DNA from: Microcoleus sp.
GTDB lineage: Bacteria; Cyanobacteriota; Cyanobacteriia; Cyanobacteriales; Microcoleaceae
Assembly (NCBI GenBank): GCA_042408215.1
Contig: JAYFMW010000028.1
Coordinates: forward strand, 128,001-192,000
Direction of reading: 5' to 3'
Length of the DNA stretch: 64,000 bases
Each line of letters opens with the position of its first letter. Positions within the stretch are counted from its first letter, which is position 1. The translations under genes and the position numbers were made by a program. Positions 62,172-64,000 of the stretch are shown here, one piece after another. Below the pieces are notes generated by a model, which was not told where the DNA came from, did no database searches, and saw nothing but the letters and a program-made list of their open reading frames with translations.

Positions 62172-63017
62172 ATGAAAGAGCAAAATATCAAGGATGGAAT
62201 TGGGAAAAAGAAAAAGCATTTTTTCTTTCTTTTACCTTTTGTTTTTTGCCTTTTAAATCTAGTGACTGGCTGCGTTCAGTACGATGTCGGGGTAAACTTT
62301 GACAGTCAAACTCGCGGCGAAATCTTACAGCATATTAAACTGGGGGACAAGTTAACTAGCTTCAGTAGCGAAACTGTTGGAGAATGGTTGAAAAGTGTAG
62401 AACGTCGGGTGCGGTTGCTAGATGGGAAGACTAAACGGCTGTCGGATCAGGAAGTTTTAGTGAGGATTCCTTTCAACAATGGCGCTGAGTTAGAAGCAAA
62501 GTTTAACCAATTTTACAACCCGATCGCACCAACAGACAAATCTAGGGTGGTAACTCCCCTAGAAACGGATTTGCCGAAGTTTGAATCTCACCTTAGCGTC
62601 AAGCAGAATAATTTGTTGCTGGTGCTGCGAAATCGGTTAACTTTGGAGTTGGATTTGCGATCGCTCTCTCTGCTTTCCTCTAACGGTAGTCTTCTGGTTA
62701 GTCCAGGGGGGCTTTTGGAGCTAGACTTTAGCTTAAACACGCCTTGGGGTGCTCAAAGTATTGAAACAGTCGCCGGTGCGATCGTTCCCGAAAGTTATCT
62801 AGAGGGAAAACAGTTAGTTTGGAAGCTGAAACCAGGGGAAATTAATTATTTGGAGGCTGTATTCTGGATTCCGAGTCCAGTAGGAATTGGTGCAGTTATT
62901 ATTGCCTTATTTGTGGCGGCTGGTATTTATTTGAAATATCAACTATTGCCAGCAATTGGGAGCGGCAAAAAAACGCAGAAAATCGCGCAAAGCTCAAGCA
63001 TTTTTCCTGGCATATAG
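62172..63017 (+). CDS. DUF3153-like lipoprotein with C-terminal TM
   Basis: LVTGC lipobox, IPFNNGAEL, LNTPWG, WKLKPGEINYLEAVFWIPSP. Confidence 0.8.
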   Translation: MKEQNIKDGIGKKKKHFFFLLPFVFCLLNLVTGCVQYDVGVNFDSQTRGEILQHIKLGDKLTSFSSETVGEWLKSVERRVRLLDGKTKRLSDQEVLVRIPFNNGAELEAKFNQFYNPIAPTDKSRVVTPLETDLPKFESHLSVKQNNLLLVLRNRLTLELDLRSLSLLSSNGSLLVSPGGLLELDFSLNTPWGAQSIETVAGAIVPESYLEGKQLVWKLKPGEINYLEAVFWIPSPVGIGAVIIALFVAAGIYLKYQLLPAIGSGKKTQKIAQSSSIFPGI

Positions 63018-63129
63018 CAATCCTTTGATCTAGGACCAGATTAGATCAAAGGGGGAGCATCTGTCAATAAAAAATTACCAAATGGCCAATAGTTTGCCTA
63101 GCATAAATTGAGAATTAGGAACCGAGAAA

Positions 63130-63507
63130 ATGCGAATACTAAACTTCTTCTTCATCTTTCTGATTTGCTTAGCTCTAGTTTTGTTCAGCATTGAGAATAC
63201 AGAGCCGACTACTATTCAAATTATCAAAGGCTTTCAAGTTAAAGCTCCCTTGTCAGTAGAACTAATTATAGCAACTGGATTCGGGGCAATTCTAGCGTGG
63301 CTTTTTAGTTTGTGGTCGAGAATGCAGCGAATGCTCGCCTCCCGCGCTGAGACTCGTCAAGTTCGCCAAAAAGAGCAGCGCATTCAAGCATTAGAACAAG
63401 ATCTCGAACGCTATAAAGCTGAAGTAGAAGCAAAACAACCTTTGTTAGAAAGTGCAGAATCGTCAAGTGTGGAAGATGTAAAGACTGCGGAGGCGATCGC
63501 CAATTAA
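63130..63507 (+). CDS. LapA (DUF1049) family membrane protein
   Basis: LVLFSIEN, APLSVELI, two TM helices plus coiled coil. Confidence 0.8.
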   Translation: MRILNFFFIFLICLALVLFSIENTEPTTIQIIKGFQVKAPLSVELIIATGFGAILAWLFSLWSRMQRMLASRAETRQVRQKEQRIQALEQDLERYKAEVEAKQPLLESAESSSVEDVKTAEAIAN

Positions 63508-63552
63508 ATAGGAGATCTAGATGAGAGAGATATTCTGTTTTTGGAAAAGGTA

Positions 63553-63621
63553 AATCTAGAATCTAGAATCTAGATTCTAGATTCTAAAAAATCTAAAATC
63601 TAAAATCTAAAATCTAAAATC
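63553..63621. repeat. STRR heptamers (AATCTAG/AAATCTA)
   Basis: Direct inspection; also at 40200-40230. Confidence 0.8.
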
Positions 63622-63623
63622 GA

Positions 63624-64000
63624 ATGACTGTTTCCAAAGACCAAGATGGTTTAGAAACGATTTCTGAGGGGATCGCAATTTTAATTGACCTAGCAGAACG
63701 GGGAGAAATCAATCCTTGGGACGTTAAGGTGATTGAAGTGTTCGATCGCTGCTTAAGCAAGCTTACTTCGGCTCGTGATGCCGATTCGAGTACGGATTTT
63801 GCCGATTTGTCCCACTCCGGTCAAGCATTTTTGTATGCTTCGATGCTGGTGTTGCTCAAAGCAGAAAGTATTGTCCTCTCAGAATCCCCGGCGCATCCCG
63901 ACTTACCAGATGAGGCCGCACTCGAAGATGGATCACACTCAGGAGGGCGACATTTACCGCAGCATTTGGAGCGGCAACTGCGCCGCCGTGGTGTAGCTCA
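63624..64000 (+). CDS. scpA: Segregation and condensation protein A, 3'-partial
   Basis: Translated by hand: LIDLAERGEINPWDVKVIEV...DLSHSGQAFLYASMLVLLKAE. Confidence 0.88.
   Translation, partial: MTVSKDQDGLETISEGIAILIDLAERGEINPWDVKVIEVFDRCLSKLTSARDADSSTDFADLSHSGQAFLYASMLVLLKAESIVLSESPAHPDLPDEAALEDGSHSGGRHLPQHLERQLRRRGVA

Noticed and set aside
63775..63996. 73-aa ORF
   Set aside because: Out of frame within scpA, which starts at 63624 and runs off the window.

Overview
A 64-kb chromosomal window from a filamentous cyanobacterium, probably a Microcoleus/Oscillatoria/Tychonema-type oscillatorialean. This is inferred from dense HIP1 (GCGATCGC) sites, heptamer STRRs, REP-like palindromes, hetR, crr7 and ferredoxin-sulfite reductase. 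Core genes: cysC-wza-wzc, hetR, rsmE, sir, serS, msrA, argB, mreBCD, ssb, pmbA-like, scpA (partial). Main points from reading the sequence directly: (1) A tandemly duplicated patX-like locus lies upstream of hetR. One 59-aa copy, absent from the ORF track, ends exactly in ERGSGR. The second copy has the motif changed to KRSSSR, and the HetR has Thr at the position matching Anabaena E254. (2) About 10 kb (24.7-34.9 kb) holds 13 co-oriented genes for secreted proteins. Many share a HIP1-containing leader, four pairs are paralogous and two are LprI-like; the array is flanked by Uma2 and a MazF-type toxin-antitoxin pair. (3) A diversity-generating retroelement relic (target 3' end, GAA-loop hairpin, avd 5' end) sits at 20.8-21.1 kb. 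(4) A 169-bp non-autonomous IS200/IS605 element keeps both ends and the tnpB 3'/omegaRNA region. (5) There are nested MITE/REP elements, in-frame repeat insertions in rsmE and a DUF92 gene, two long tandem arrays that are not CRISPR, a candidate sRNA and an unannotated 45-aa ORF. No rRNA, tRNA or CRISPR array was recognised. All family assignments come from motif recognition, not database searches.
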